Positions 40,901-54,639 of a stretch of DNA of 64,000 nucleotides are shown piece after piece. The DNA lies in contig NC_043006.1 of NCBI RefSeq assembly GCF_006345805.1, positions 21,762,001 to 21,826,000 on the forward strand, written 5' to 3'. Source of the DNA: Octopus sinensis. Lineage: Eukaryota. Both the position numbers and the translations under genes were made by a program. Each line of letters starts with the position of its first letter. Positions within the stretch are counted from its first letter, which is position 1. Below the pieces are notes generated by a model. The model searched no databases. It was given only the letters and a program-made list of their open reading frames with translations, and had not been told where the DNA came from.

Positions 40901-42159
40901 GACTAGAATCCTTAAATCCTTAAAAATGTTTCAGCCCGAAGGCTGCGGCCATGCTGGGGCACCACCGTCGAATGAGCTACACTAGTATGTGAATCCACCT
41001 CTGATACGTGGCACTTGGTCAACAAGGGAGTTCGATGCCGCTGCCCGCATCTGTGTCTCCTGCCGAGAGGTAGGTTCATCTGGGACCCCCGACAAGAAGA
41101 GATCCAGTTTAGTTTTAAACGAGCTGGAAGTAATCAAAAAGAAATCGTTGTACTATCTGAAAAATACAATGTTCAATGCTGAGGTTAAAATATTTTTGAT
41201 TTTAAAACCATTAATCACTAAAACCATAAACTTCAGTAGGAGGTAGAGAAGAAAAACAATTAACCACGTTGCCACTTTCTGTTTCCTTTCTGATTTATCT
41301 AGCTACAGTAATAACCTAAACTTAAAATTATACCAGTATTATAAAATAGAAATATGAAAGGTGTAGTTTAAACATAAACCAAATGTTAATATGAACTGTC
41401 AAGAATTGCATCAAAGTTAATTAACTCGATATCATGAAGCACCAGGTATGAAAAGATAGAAGGAATGTACCTCGTAATCAAAGTATCAGTTCCCCACCTC
41501 CAGATGATAAAATATCTCTAAGAGAAATAAAGACATTATCCACATATACAAAAATCTGAAAATAGAGATAATGAGAAAGCTGCAACAATAAGCAGTAGCA
41601 ATAAGTATCGTGGAAATAATGTAAAAACATATAATCAAAGCCCCAGAACATGCATATATGCACAACATACACAAAATACCAGAGGTGAATACTGCACAGT
41701 AAGCAGCACTCGGTGGGCTATAGAAAAATTAATAATAATGATATTAATAGCTTCAAATTTTAGCATGCCCAGCCCTCCTCGCAGTGGCCGCTGACAGTAA
41801 ATTGACGATCAGGCAAGCAGAACTTATCCCTTCTACAAAAAGAAGAAAAGTAAGTGCTCCAGCTTGATCAGCAACGAAGCAGGTTAAAGGACGACAGTCA
41901 GGCGGTAGTAAGATGATGAAAGCGGCGAACTGGCAGAAACGTTAGCACGCCGGGCGAAGTGCTTCGCGGTATTTCGCCCGTCGCTACTTTGTGAGTTCAA
42001 ATTCCGCTGAGGTCGACTTTGTCTTTCATCCTTTCGGGGTCGATAAATTAAGTACCAGTTACGCACTGGGGTCGATATAATCGACTTAATACGTTTGTCC
42101 GTCCTTGTTTGTCCCCTCTATGTTTAACCCTTATGGGTAGTAAAGAAATAGATAGTAAG

Positions 42160-42632
42160 ATGATTAAAGTGATGTACGCATTCGCCACCTCCACCTGACC
42201 TTTCAGAGATAGCCTCATCTCGCCCCATTTCTGGGTGAGACTGGCCACCCTGCTCGTCCACAATTCTTGTCCACTTGGAAGCCCGGACCAAACCAAACTC
42301 CGAGTAACTTAACCAGTCGTTCCATCCAGCGCCCGACGACGCTTTCGGGTGACATGGACCTACCTCTCCGGGTGCCGAGTTGCAGGCCCACCGACTTTTA
42401 CGAGTTAATCTTTACTCCTGTAACCGCTTCGTATTACCTTAGGGTAGAGCTTATCACCTCGATTAACGAGATGTCTGGCATTATTACGGCGATGTCATCC
42501 GCATAAGCTGACACGAATCTTCCGGATCCTCGTTCACGCGGAATAACCCTCGAAGCACCCAGTTTCGTAGCAACGGCTTGAGATCCAGCACGTACAGAAG
42601 GGGCGAGAGTGGGCAGTATCCTTGACAGGTCC
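42160..42632 (-). mobile_element. L1/Tx1-type reverse transcriptase fragment
   Basis: QG.CPLSPLLYVL, VSAYADDI, YEAVTGVKIN..KS, KLLGVWF, W..MRLSLKG. Confidence 0.8.
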
Positions 42633-42758
42633 TTTCAGGATCGATAAAATAAGTGCCCGTCAAGTACTGGAGTTATTGTAATCGGCTAGCCTTTTCCCCA
42701 AAACTTTCGGGCTTTCTGCCTATAGCAGAAAGGACAGTTGTTGTTGTTGTTGTTGTTG

Positions 42759-42809
<51 letters not shown>

Positions 42810-44838
42810 TTGTTTAGGCAGAAAGTCAAAAGTTTGGAAGAGAAGGGTTAGTTGATACTGTCGACCCCAATATTCGACCAGTATCGACACCAGGGAGAAG
42901 AAAGGCAAAGGTGGCTTCAGCAGGTCTTGAACTCATATCGCAAAAAGCCAGGAAAAATGCTGCAATATTTATATCTGTAATTCTAATAGCAACAATAAAA
43001 AAAAAGACTTTAGTCACTGCAGTGTTAACAACTACAAAATCTAATGATAGCTGAAGTGTCGACCGCTTTCCTACCAGGAAACGTTCGACCCGGACTCTGT
43101 ATTAAGGTATATGTAGGAAAGTATAATTGTTTTATCCTACAAGGCCTCACTGCATTTGGAGTAAGACCCATTATTGTTGTTATTGTCGGCGCCTTTATTT
43201 TGTTGTGGTGGTTGTTGTCTAGCCTCAAGTCAGCCTATGATCAAAGACATTGTAGTTTTTACCCGAGTCTTTTGTGGGGAGAGCTGATTATCTAGCATGT
43301 CTCTTTTGAGATGATAGGATGCGATTTATACGTGATTTGGCTAGTATTTCAAGCGTATCCAACGACTACATAAAAATTTAACACTCGGTCATTTACTGTG
43401 AGTAATATGTTTACTGAGAGTTCTGTTGATATGTCTGAATACCTGAGGGGTAATTCCACATGTAGAGCAGAAACTGTGTGGATCGATGCTAGCTGTGCAA
43501 ACCCAAGACTTTAATTATGTAGGTGGTGTGAGGATCTGGCCGCTGAACAACTTTAATGATGCAAAGCGCACTGTGTATGCGCAGGTGTTGGTGTAAATTC
43601 AGGCACAGTGCGTAGCCAGTTGATGATAGGAGAGGAGACACTATAAGTTAAAAACCAATTAACTGATATTTGAAATCTATTTGAATAAGAGATAATTGGT
43701 ATATTGTTAATTTCAAGTGATTAATTCGTCTCAGCAAATGAAATAGAGGAAATGTGTGTAAGCGTGAGAGGAAAATGAACATCGTTAAAAAAATATCACA
43801 GTTCCGTTGGAAACGATAAAATATTAAATTTCTATGACGCAGAGAAAATGAAGCGTTCAGATATTTTGAAGATAATTGAAAAACTAGAAATAGTGTCAGC
43901 ACAATTCACAGAAAGGTTTTTGACAGGAATCGCGACGAGAACACTTTTGCACTGACTCCTGTGAAAGAAAAAGCATGTTAAATGTGTAAGAATTATTATT
44001 ATTCATTATAGATAACTTTATGCTAAGGTAGGTTTAAGGCAGATTCCGTGGATGGACTTCAGTTCCATGCTAAATTCGCTTCTGGTCGCTTCCGTCGCAG
44101 ATGAACTTGGGAAAGAAATATATTTCTTTATTACCCACAAGTGACTAAACACAGAGGGGACAAACAAGGACAGACATAAGTATGAAGTCGATTACATCGA
44201 CCCCAGTGCGTAACTGGTACTTAATTTATCGACCTCGAAAGGATGAAAGGCAAAGTCGACCTCGGCGGAATTTGAACTCACAACGTAACGGCAGACGAAA
44301 TACCGCTAAGCATTTCGCCCGACGTGCTAACGTTTCTGCCAGCTCGCCGCTTTGGGAAAGAAATAAACGTGGTAGATAGCTATTTCTTGTCTATTTAAGA
44401 ATATAGACATCAATGTTAGTTTGATGAATAATGTTACCTTTGTTTTTTTAGTATAGCAGTTCCTGTGGTACATTCTCAAGTAATTGAACCATCTACTTTG
44501 GATTCCATCGCCAGTCTCCATTGCCCCGTTTACATAACTAGTATGGTGGAAACGTTAGAGAACTTTTAGGCCATATGCAACGCGTGGAAATGTCTTAACT
44601 CTTTGAGTACGCGAATATGCTTTAGCGGACACGATTTTGTTTGACTATATTCCTAAAAGATGCAAAAGCGGGCAGCAACATGATTTTGTGTTTTCGGCTT
44701 TTCGGTCATCCGGGAGCATAGTCAAAGGCAATCGCACCTGCCAAAGTGGATTCCTTTTTATTATTTGAATTATTTAAGGAATAACACAAAGAATGCTCTG
44801 GGAAGATTTCATATGGCCACAAAATAATAATAATAATA

Positions 44839-44869
<31 letters not shown>

Positions 44870-44903
44870 TATAATAATAATGGTGATGATGATGATGATG
44901 ATG

Positions 44904-44982
<79 letters not shown>

Positions 44983-45078
44983 TAATAATAATAATAATAA
45001 TAATAATATAATAGTAATAATAATGATAATAATAATAACAATAATATAACAACAACAATAATAATAATAATAATAATA

Positions 45079-45133
<55 letters not shown>

Positions 45134-45150
45134 TAATATAATAATAATAA

Positions 45151-45451
45151 GCGAAAGGGACTGATTGCTACCTAACTCAGATACCAGGAAACCCCAAAAT
45201 GGCAGAAATTCAAAAGATAGTGCTCATGGGAACTGCTCATATCCTACGCAAAATACTCTCTATGCAATCCCAAGGTTTAAAACAAAAGTTTTTTTTTATG
45301 TATTAGACATTCACTAGCACAACACAAAAAACCCAAAATATATGGCACACTAGGCATAACAACAACGTGAACTTCCAACCTGTTGTCTCTTGAGGTCTCT
45401 GGGTGAGACTTGGAGCCAACTTGTACAGACATAAAGCAAAAGTCAAACATA

Positions 45452-45452
<1 letters not shown>
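45151..45452 (+). mobile_element. R4/Dong-like element 3' end embedded in (AAT)n
   Basis: IPGNPKMAEIQKIVLMGTAHILRKIL is a typical R4-clade C-terminus, followed by a 3' UTR; (AAT)n on both sides. Confidence 0.7.
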
Positions 45453-45531
<79 letters not shown>

Positions 45532-46079
45532 GTGCAGTACCAGACAGTGGCTCTCATGGCTTCTGATCTTAACTGATTTGAAGTGTTATCATGTACATTG
45601 TTTTGTCTTGGTATAAAAGATGGGCTACAGCAAATATTCTGCTCAATACCACAGATTTGCTTGTCAGTTGTTTGACCTTAACCAGTTGAGCATGTCCCTT
45701 AGTGGCTGACGATATGTGCATCTCTGATCACGAGCAGAAGTAGTGGGGGAGCATCATAGCCATGTGTTGAGAAGGATTCTTTGGGGTTTGAATAATTCAC
45801 CGCTGGAAACATGGGTGTTTCGTTCAACATCCTTAAACAACCCTTATTCAGGGACCTTTTGAGCGGGATGGGCTACTCGATCTGAAGAAAATTCTAACTG
45901 GGCTCCACCTGCAAGGTCATGTGCTGTTTATCTTGATATGAGATCACCATGTCGCGCACATATGGTTGTGATGCATGTGCCTGGTGTACCCTTATCAGAC
46001 GGGTAGTCATGATGGGTATACTGGGCTTCGTATATTTTACCCCAGTGTCACTTTGATGGCATGCTCTGCTCGCTCACTC

Positions 46080-46080
<1 letters not shown>
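45532..46080. mobile_element. Unclassified ~550-bp element bounded by (AAT)n arrays
   Basis: Complex sequence with sharp edges inside (AAT)n; no long ORF. Confidence 0.5.
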
Positions 46081-46120
<40 letters not shown>

Positions 46121-46599
46121 TAATAATAATGATAATAATAATGATAATAATATGAATGATAATAATAATAATCGTGGTTATTATTTCTTTAAAAAATAAT
46201 TTGTCATAATTCTAATCATAGCAAATCATTATTGCGTGATACTGATTCTTGTAACTGAAAACTAAGCAACCGAAGTGCATCGTTCATAGAATTTGTATTT
46301 AATGACATTGAACTGAACTGAATGGATAAAGAAAGCGAGATACCTTTTGACTAACGATGTAATCTAAGGTAAATGCTTCGATTAAATTGACATTGTGTCG
46401 CACATAGTATAATACTCAAAAACTGTGGTTAGATTATATATCGAATGAACGTCAATATTAAGGTCTTAAATAGACAAGAAATCACATTTTGCCACGTTTG
46501 TCACATTTCTACAAGTGTACATTATTGAGGACTGTGAATAGAGTATCAATACAACATTGCTTAGGAATGCGTGCACATACATACATGTGTGTATATATA

Positions 46600-46642
<43 letters not shown>

Positions 46643-46804
46643 ATATAATATATATATATTACATATATATATATATTACATATATATTATATTACATATA
46701 TATATTACATATATATATATATTAAATATATATATATAAATATATATAACAAAGTTGTGGGGTACCGCACGAGTGGAAGTATATAAATATATATATATAA
46801 ATAT

Positions 46805-46865
<61 letters not shown>

Positions 46866-48351
46866 CGAGAGAGAGAGAGAGAGAGAGAGAGACTCTTATC
46901 CATCGCTATATATTCAATCTTGCTGTGAAGTTAGGCTAGCGGGAGAAAAAAAGCTAACGGAAGCTAGTCATACACCTGAATCCTTATTTGCATTATTGCT
47001 GTATTATTGTGGAATTGGAGGAAATTAGTTGGGAGGAGGTCGATACTACCAGACAATTGATCCATGAGCAAGTGACCGTATTAGAGTCCCTAGGAATTCT
47101 CCTTTAAGCTAGGATTTACCAAGATACGATTTTCGATAACTTCTTCATTAAGTATACTTACATGTTTTTGATCGATAACTTTATAAAGTCTCACCGAGTT
47201 CGTGAGAGGATTTCTGTCTAGTCACACAACAAACTTTTGACTACTTTTCAATAATAATTTTAAAAGCACAAATACGACGGAGAGCTGGCAGAATCGTTAG
47301 CACGCCGGGCGAAATGCTTAGCGGTATTTCGTCTGCCACTACGTTCTGAGTTCAAATTCCGCCGAGGTCGACTTTGCCTTTCATCCTTTCGGGGTCGATT
47401 AAATAAGTACCAGTTACGCACAGGGGGTCGATATAATCGACTTAATCCGTTTGTCTGTCCTTGTTTGTCCTCTTTGTGTTTAGCCCCTTGTGGGTAGTAA
47501 AGAAATAGGTATTTCATCCGTCTTTATGTTCTGAGTTCAAATTCCGTATTGGCCAACAGAGACACTACATTAGACTGTCGGATCTCAAACCCCTTATGTA
47601 TTGATTGCCAGACGACTGCATTATCCATCAGGTTAAAGCAGTTCTGGCATAATTGAAGAAAGGACAGACTTATTAAAGCCTCGGATAAAATTATTTGCGG
47701 TTGTAAGGCTCCCTTTTTTGTTGAATCCCAATCATGCCTAAATCAATTTTACCTTTATTACTTCCGGAGAGAGATAAAATAAAGTACCAAGGTTGATTTA
47801 ACGGCTGAATACCCTGTAACAATGTGTGGCCTTGCTCTTCCGTGAGAAATCAATATCTGTAGCAGCTTAAACCACGGAACAAAATATCTGGCAATAAGGA
47901 TAACATAGCCGCGGTTAGAAACGCCAATTGACTTTCCTTTCATTGGCTACTCCCATACCCTAGATATACTCAAACGGGGTAGATTAGAATTTCTCAAAAG
48001 TAACATTAAGAGCATCAGTAACTACAATATTACATTACACTTTGAAAATTTATTCCAAATGTTTGATAGAACAGCTAACATTTACCATATTTGTAAAAAG
48101 GACAAAGACACGTTTATCACTTTAAGACGTGATAGTAAATATTGAACTGGACTTTGCGAAAAGGCCGCAGCTCCCATATTCAGAATTACATGAAAAGTAT
48201 TATCTCATTTTGTAATCTACTGTTCATTTAAGAATACGGGAAAATAAAAATCTAATCTACAGTTGAATTTGCTGAATCAACATTGCCCAGTTACCACACG
48301 CGTGCATACATATATAAACGCACACGCTCCTTAACACACAAGCTTGCGCAT

Positions 48352-48416
<65 letters not shown>

Positions 48417-49537
48417 CTCATGCACACTCTTTGGCGCGTGCACTCACTCATTCGTGCGCTCATGCGCGTGCGCGCGCGCACGCGTTGTATTCATGCATGC
48501 ATGCATCTGCATGCATTCACGTATGTGCGCGTGCGTGCGCGTGCCTGCAGATTCGTGTCTGCACTCTTGGAGGGCTGGTCTGTGCATATGCACCAGTGAA
48601 TGTAGATGCACACACGTGCATGTGCACCTGCATGCAAGTGCATACATGTACATGTGTGTATGTATATGTATATATATGTATATATATGTATATATATGTG
48701 TGCGCGTACCTGCAGATTCGTGTCTGCACTCTTGGAGGGCTGGTCTATACATGTACACCCATGGGTGTGAATACGCACACATACATACGTGTGCACCTGC
48801 ATACAGGTGCATACATGTGCACATATGCATATATATATGTGTGTGTGTATGTATGTGTGTGTATATGTACATATGTGTGCGTGTGTGTATTCGTGCTGAC
48901 ATGCATACTCGGAGGATGAGTGGGTGGTGGATGTATGTACGCGCAGTTGTTCATGCATGCGTGCTCGAGGAGTGAATGTTGGGTGTGTGTGCGTGCGGTT
49001 GCCTATTGTGTGGACGGATACATGCATGTGGTGGACTTGCACACATGGATATATGTGTATGTATGTGTGTATATGTATATGTATGTATATATATGTGTAT
49101 ATATATACATACATGCATACACACACATACATATAAGTGTATACATACACACATGCACCTGCGTATGCACGTGCGCGCGTGCATGCATATGTATATATAT
49201 ATGTGTATATGTGTATATGCACACGCACACACGTGCACATGCATATGCGTGCACGTGCATACATATGTGTACACATACTTGCACATGTACATGTGAGTGC
49301 GCGCATGGGTGGCTCTACGTACCTACACGTGCATAAGCATAAACATGTTTTTTATTTTTTATTTTTTGTTTTTTATTTTTTATTTTTTTATTTATTCTCC
49401 TATCTAATTTAACACTGACTCCTTGACCACTCCCCCAAGTATGATTTTTTGCGCTATGCCTACCCCCAAAAAGTCCCCCACCAACACCCCTTTAAACCTG
49501 CCTAAATGTATAAATGCCAATACAATTCTTGTTAACT

Positions 49538-49588
49538 AGCTTCCTGAAGATTTCTCTTGAATGAAACAGTTCTAGTCCTGTAGAAGCT
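49538..49588 (+). ncRNA. Type I hammerhead ribozyme in a pLTR-like segment
   Basis: Stem I AGCUUC/GAAGCU, core CUGAAGA, stem II U-UUC[UCUU]GAA-U, GAAA, stem III ACAG[8 nt]CUGU, GUA triplet; predicted cut after 49582. AATAAA about 10 nt downstream. Confidence 0.65.
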
Positions 49589-51175
49589 CCTTCTATATAA
49601 TAAATTAATTTTACTCTGCTATGTATTGAGTACCTTATTTACTGTGGTTAACCCCGAATCAACCCGGGACCTACATATATATATATATATATACACTGCC
49701 CCATACATTAATGCTTAAGTTCCCTACTATCACATATATTCAGACACATATGTGTGCGCATGTAAAAAGGCTGTCTGTCTATGTATAACATATTTCCATT
49801 GAAATCTTCTTTACAGAAATGGTATTTACATAAACATTATTTAAAAAACTAAAAAAATAATAAATTCAATTAAAATTTAACATGTAATAATAATAAAGAA
49901 GATGATACAGTAAGACTATGATGAGAGGTAAACGAGATAATAATGAGATAAAAAAAAAGTAAAACAAGAAAGTAAAAACATTAAAAAATATAAACATATG
50001 TAAATGTTTGTAGGAAGCGGTATGGTAGAATATTCAGTTTTCTACGAGAAACTGGAACTTTTCAATGTGAAAAATCGGAAAGTAGGACAGTATACTTTAA
50101 AAAAAATTGTTATCTATTTTCATATATAAAGGGCTTATAGCGTTGAAATGGTTTTGTATATTTTTAATGAACCGGTTATACGCGGATATTCTTTGTGAAC
50201 ATTTGCTTATCAAAGTTTTCTTTGCATTTATGATATCATAAGTTTTGGTTCGATAAAGATTACATAGTTTTATTACTGCTCCATGTCATAGCTTTCATTA
50301 TTATATTCCATTTTGTACTGTATGTTGATACATGTTATTTTAGTTTCCATATATTGGTGAATGATAAAGTGTCCATATTTGTGTTAATATTACGGAATGT
50401 ATCCGCATTTTGGTTATAACGTATTTTGAAAGTATTTATTGTGTGCCCGATCTATATTTGTTCAGCATTGTTCTTTTTATTGTGCCTAGGTTGACAATGT
50501 CACTTGCCGTAAAATTTTGCTAAATCAAGTTGGTATTGTTGTTTTACAATCGGTTACAATCGGTTTGGTTTTATTAACAGCTAACGTGTTAAGTTTATGG
50601 ATATTACAAGTGACGAAGATATCAGAAAATTTCAAGGGGAATTATAAATCTTCGATAATTTTTTCGTTGGCAATGTGTTAATATTTATGCACTGGAACGA
50701 AATTTTTTTCCTAATAATTTTAAAATGATGTTCCGTATGAGCGTTTTGATTTTAATATTAAAAAAAATATGAAACCATTTCATATTTCGTTTGTTCATTT
50801 TAAAAAGTTTTGGTCGTAAATCTTGCACTTCTTTGATATATTTTATTTTTACAATGAATCCAATTTCTGTGGCTTGCTTATATAGTTAAGAGTTTCATTT
50901 TGTTTATGATATGATTAAAATAGAAATCTGTTCAAATTGATAAAATTTCAATTGGATTCTCGTTTATGGCTCTTGCATGATTCAGAGGGCCCACAAGTAA
51001 AGATTTAGTGATGCATGTCGAACTATACGCACTTGCAATGTCTCTTTCTATGGATAGATTCAAACAATTGTATAACTGTTTTAGCAGTATGCCAAAAAGA
51101 AATTTGATACTTGTTATATGGTAGGAGTGCGTGTGTGTATGCATACTTAAATAATAGACACATATATACATATAC

Positions 51176-51582
51176 GGATCTTTTCGGTTTGAACGGCAGT
51201 TTTTAACATAATTTCTAGGTAACTAAAAAATTTTAAACTTCGTATACTGGTAGAATGTGTTTATAAAACATCCTTTTCTCTTGGCTTTATTGAGAAAATT
51301 TTAGAGTTTGTAAGATATTTGTTGTTTTTTCTTCAATTTCTGCAATTTCAACCAATCAGTGACGTATATTGAGTTAAAAAGCATTCTGTGCCGTATGAAT
51401 ATGTCCCTCGTTTAAGAAACAGATTGGGGTTATTTACATTTGTGAAGAAAAAAAGATACCCTTCCCCCACCCCTAACCCTAAAAGATATTGAAATGCAAT
51501 AGATCGATTCTAGGGTCATAATTATGGGTGACAATTTCATATGACACCGCTAGAAACAACTGCTGTCAAACCGAAAAGATCC
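51176..51582. mobile_element. MITE with ~26-bp terminal inverted repeats
   Basis: GGATCTTTTCGGTTTGAACGGCAGTT ... AACTGCTGTCAAACCGAAAAGATCC. Confidence 0.8.
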
Positions 51583-52574
51583 ACATATACATATGCATTA
51601 AGTGTGTGTGTCTGCGTGTGGGGGTGTACAAATTAATGACGAAGAAAAAATATGTACTCTACTAAAACTTATGAACTAATTCTGTTTAATGTAAAATTAT
51701 TTTTTATACATAACTCCTCATACAAACCTTTATATATGTGTGTGTATGTGTTTGCGCACGCGTGTGTGTATGTGTGTGTATGTATGCATGTACGTATGTA
51801 TGTATGTATTTACGTATGTATGTATGTATGTATACATGTATTTATGTATGTATGTATGTATTTATGCATGTATTTATGTATGTATGTATGTATTTATGCA
51901 TGTATGTATGTATTTATGTATGTATGTATGTATGGATGGATGGATGGATGGATGGATGGATGTATATGTATGTATGTGTGTATGTATGTATGTATGTATG
52001 TATTTATGTATGTATATATGTATGCATATATTTATGTATGTATGTATGTATGCATGTATGTATGTATGTATGTATGTATGTATTTATGTATGTATATATG
52101 TATGCATGTATTTATGTATGTATGTATGTATGTATGTATGCATGTATGTATGTATGGATGGATGGATGTATGTATGGATGGATGGATGGATGGATGGATG
52201 GATGGATGGATGGATGGATGGATGTGTGTGTGTGAAAACTAAATCACACGAGAAAGGAGATTTATATTCAGAACGTTTAGTTTCTGAGTCAACAATTCGA
52301 TGATCGTTGCACGTCTTCAGCCGTTGCAAGCACGTGGTACTACCGATTACAAAAACACGAAAAACAAAATCACAGGCACCGCCAGTAGGCGGGAAAAATT
52401 CCTCTAGGCATAAGATAGCTCAAGGGAAAAACCCTTTCAGCTTTTATACTAATGGCAATGCAAAATAGATTTTCTCTCTCTCATCTCTCTCTCCTTCTCT
52501 CTCTCTCTCTCTCTCTCCAAATATATATATTATATATATATATCATATATTATATATTATATATGTTATATATA

Positions 52575-52616
<42 letters not shown>

Positions 52617-52827
52617 TAATATATATATATATATAATATATATATTTATAACAAAGAGGGTCTTTGCAACAAGTTGCTAGCAACTTGTTGCAAAGACCCT
52701 CATTGTTATATATAAACTTTTACCGATTATGGTCCTTCTCCATACCGAAACACTACTTGGTGAAATTTGTTGATTTTATTAAATTAATTATATTTCACCC
52801 TTTATCTGTGTGTATATATATATATAT

Positions 52828-53339
52828 CAAGGATGTCAAGGTATTAATGCAATACAACCGTTTCAGGCGGCTCTATTTAATCGAACAATGCAAGTATTAC
52901 ATCAATTTGAAATTCACCACCATCTTCAGTTGCAAAAACGTAGATTTTCAACAGACAAGATATTCTATTATAATTTGTAGCAAATATTTCATCAGAGCAA
53001 GAGAATAAACGCAGCATACTAGCTGCATTAGATCTTATGATGATGATAAGAAGATAGATAAAAATTGGAATTGAATTATAATTCCATGACTTCCACTTCT
53101 GCCACTCCAAACTTGTAGTTGTTTATTTCTACTACAATAGCGACAGCATGGAATTCTTTCGTTCTCTAACTCTGATGGAATATTTGCTAAAAATTACAAT
53201 AGAATATCTTGTCTGTTGAAAGTCTGTATTTTTGCAACTGAAGATGGTGCTGTATTTCAATTTGATTTAATGCTTGCATTGTTCGATTAATTGGAGCCGC
53301 CTGAAACGACCGTATTGCATTAATACATTGGCATCCTTG
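52828..53339. mobile_element. Fold-back element (~170-bp arms), each arm carrying a type I hammerhead
   Basis: Arms 52828-52997 and 53170-53339 are reverse complements; HHRs at 52848-52934(-) and 53233-53319(+). Confidence 0.8.
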
Positions 53340-53457
53340 TTACTTATTCGATTTTTATTCAGCGAACTGTGCGGATAATACCGGACTGACTTCGTGCCTC
53401 AACTTAATTACCTAATTCAACTGAATCTTAATTACTTTATATAAATATGTGTATATA

Positions 53458-53970
53458 TCTATATATATAAAACTGTAGTTGTGTGAGTGTCTGTCCCCTT
53501 CGATTTAGATTCCTAACTCCTCCCACATTTTGCGGTGCAGTTTAACCAAATTCGGGTATCTTATAGTCGTGATTCATATCGAGCCCGTCTGAGTATTAGC
53601 GTGCGTCTACGATGAGTCTACGATTTTAAAAATAATTTAACATCATTTTTTATTCCATTTTAATGCATAATTTTTCGTGTGTCGATGGCGGCGGAGTTGG
53701 CGTCCACGCTCACAGCTGCACCTGTTTGCTTTTCCCCCTTCTTCACTCCCTCGTGAAGCTGTGGGGAAGGGAGTGTAAGGAAATCAACGTCGTAAAGCGT
53801 TGTCAAGGAGACCAGCGTTCTTTTAGAACAACGACTTCATGGCTTGAAGACACCAAAACAGAAATGGCTAAGAAAGCCCGAATTGGCATCTATAAGGGAA
53901 GTAACTCTCTAAAAATGCTTATATAGTTATTTCCCTTACAAACCCGAGCAACGCCGGGCGATACTGCTAG
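53458..53970 (+). mobile_element. Non-autonomous Helitron-type element with a different internal segment
   Basis: Same TC...hairpin-CTAG ends as 34843-35239; the interior ~53679-53890 is not shared with that copy. Confidence 0.8.
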
Positions 53971-54567
53971 TATATTATATATATATATATACACGCAGTA
54001 CATATACATATACAAACATATTTATATGTATATATCAACGTATGTATGTATGTATGTATTTATGTATGTATGCATGCATGTATATGTCCTACATATTTAC
54101 GTGTATGTGAATATATGAGGAAAGCCTCTGCATAGTTTACGTCTACCAAATTGTGCACGAGACAACGTAGCTGTATAAGATGTTTCGCGGTCGGATACAA
54201 ACTGTTGTAAATCTAAATTCTTAAACACATCAGTATCCCTGGTCCTGTCTCATTATAAATTTACTATTGAATTTTTTAATGAATCGGGGTACCAACATCT
54301 CCATTGGTGAATTTAGAGAAGCTAATTGGTGGAATTAATAAGATCGAGCTGTGGCCTCTGCTGGTTAAATATTTTTGTAGCTGAAGATGCTAAATCCAAG
54401 ATTAATTTCGTTGATTTTTTTTTTTTTTGTAGCAATTCTCCTTAAATTTATTTGTTACAATTAGGAATGAAACGATGACTCAAGTTGAACATGTTCATAA
54501 ATCTTCGAAGAGGTATCAGAGTATTCCATAACTCTTTTATCCTTTTATACCTCCTCCATTTTCTTCC

Positions 54568-54633
<66 letters not shown>

Positions 54634-54639
54634 TTCTCT

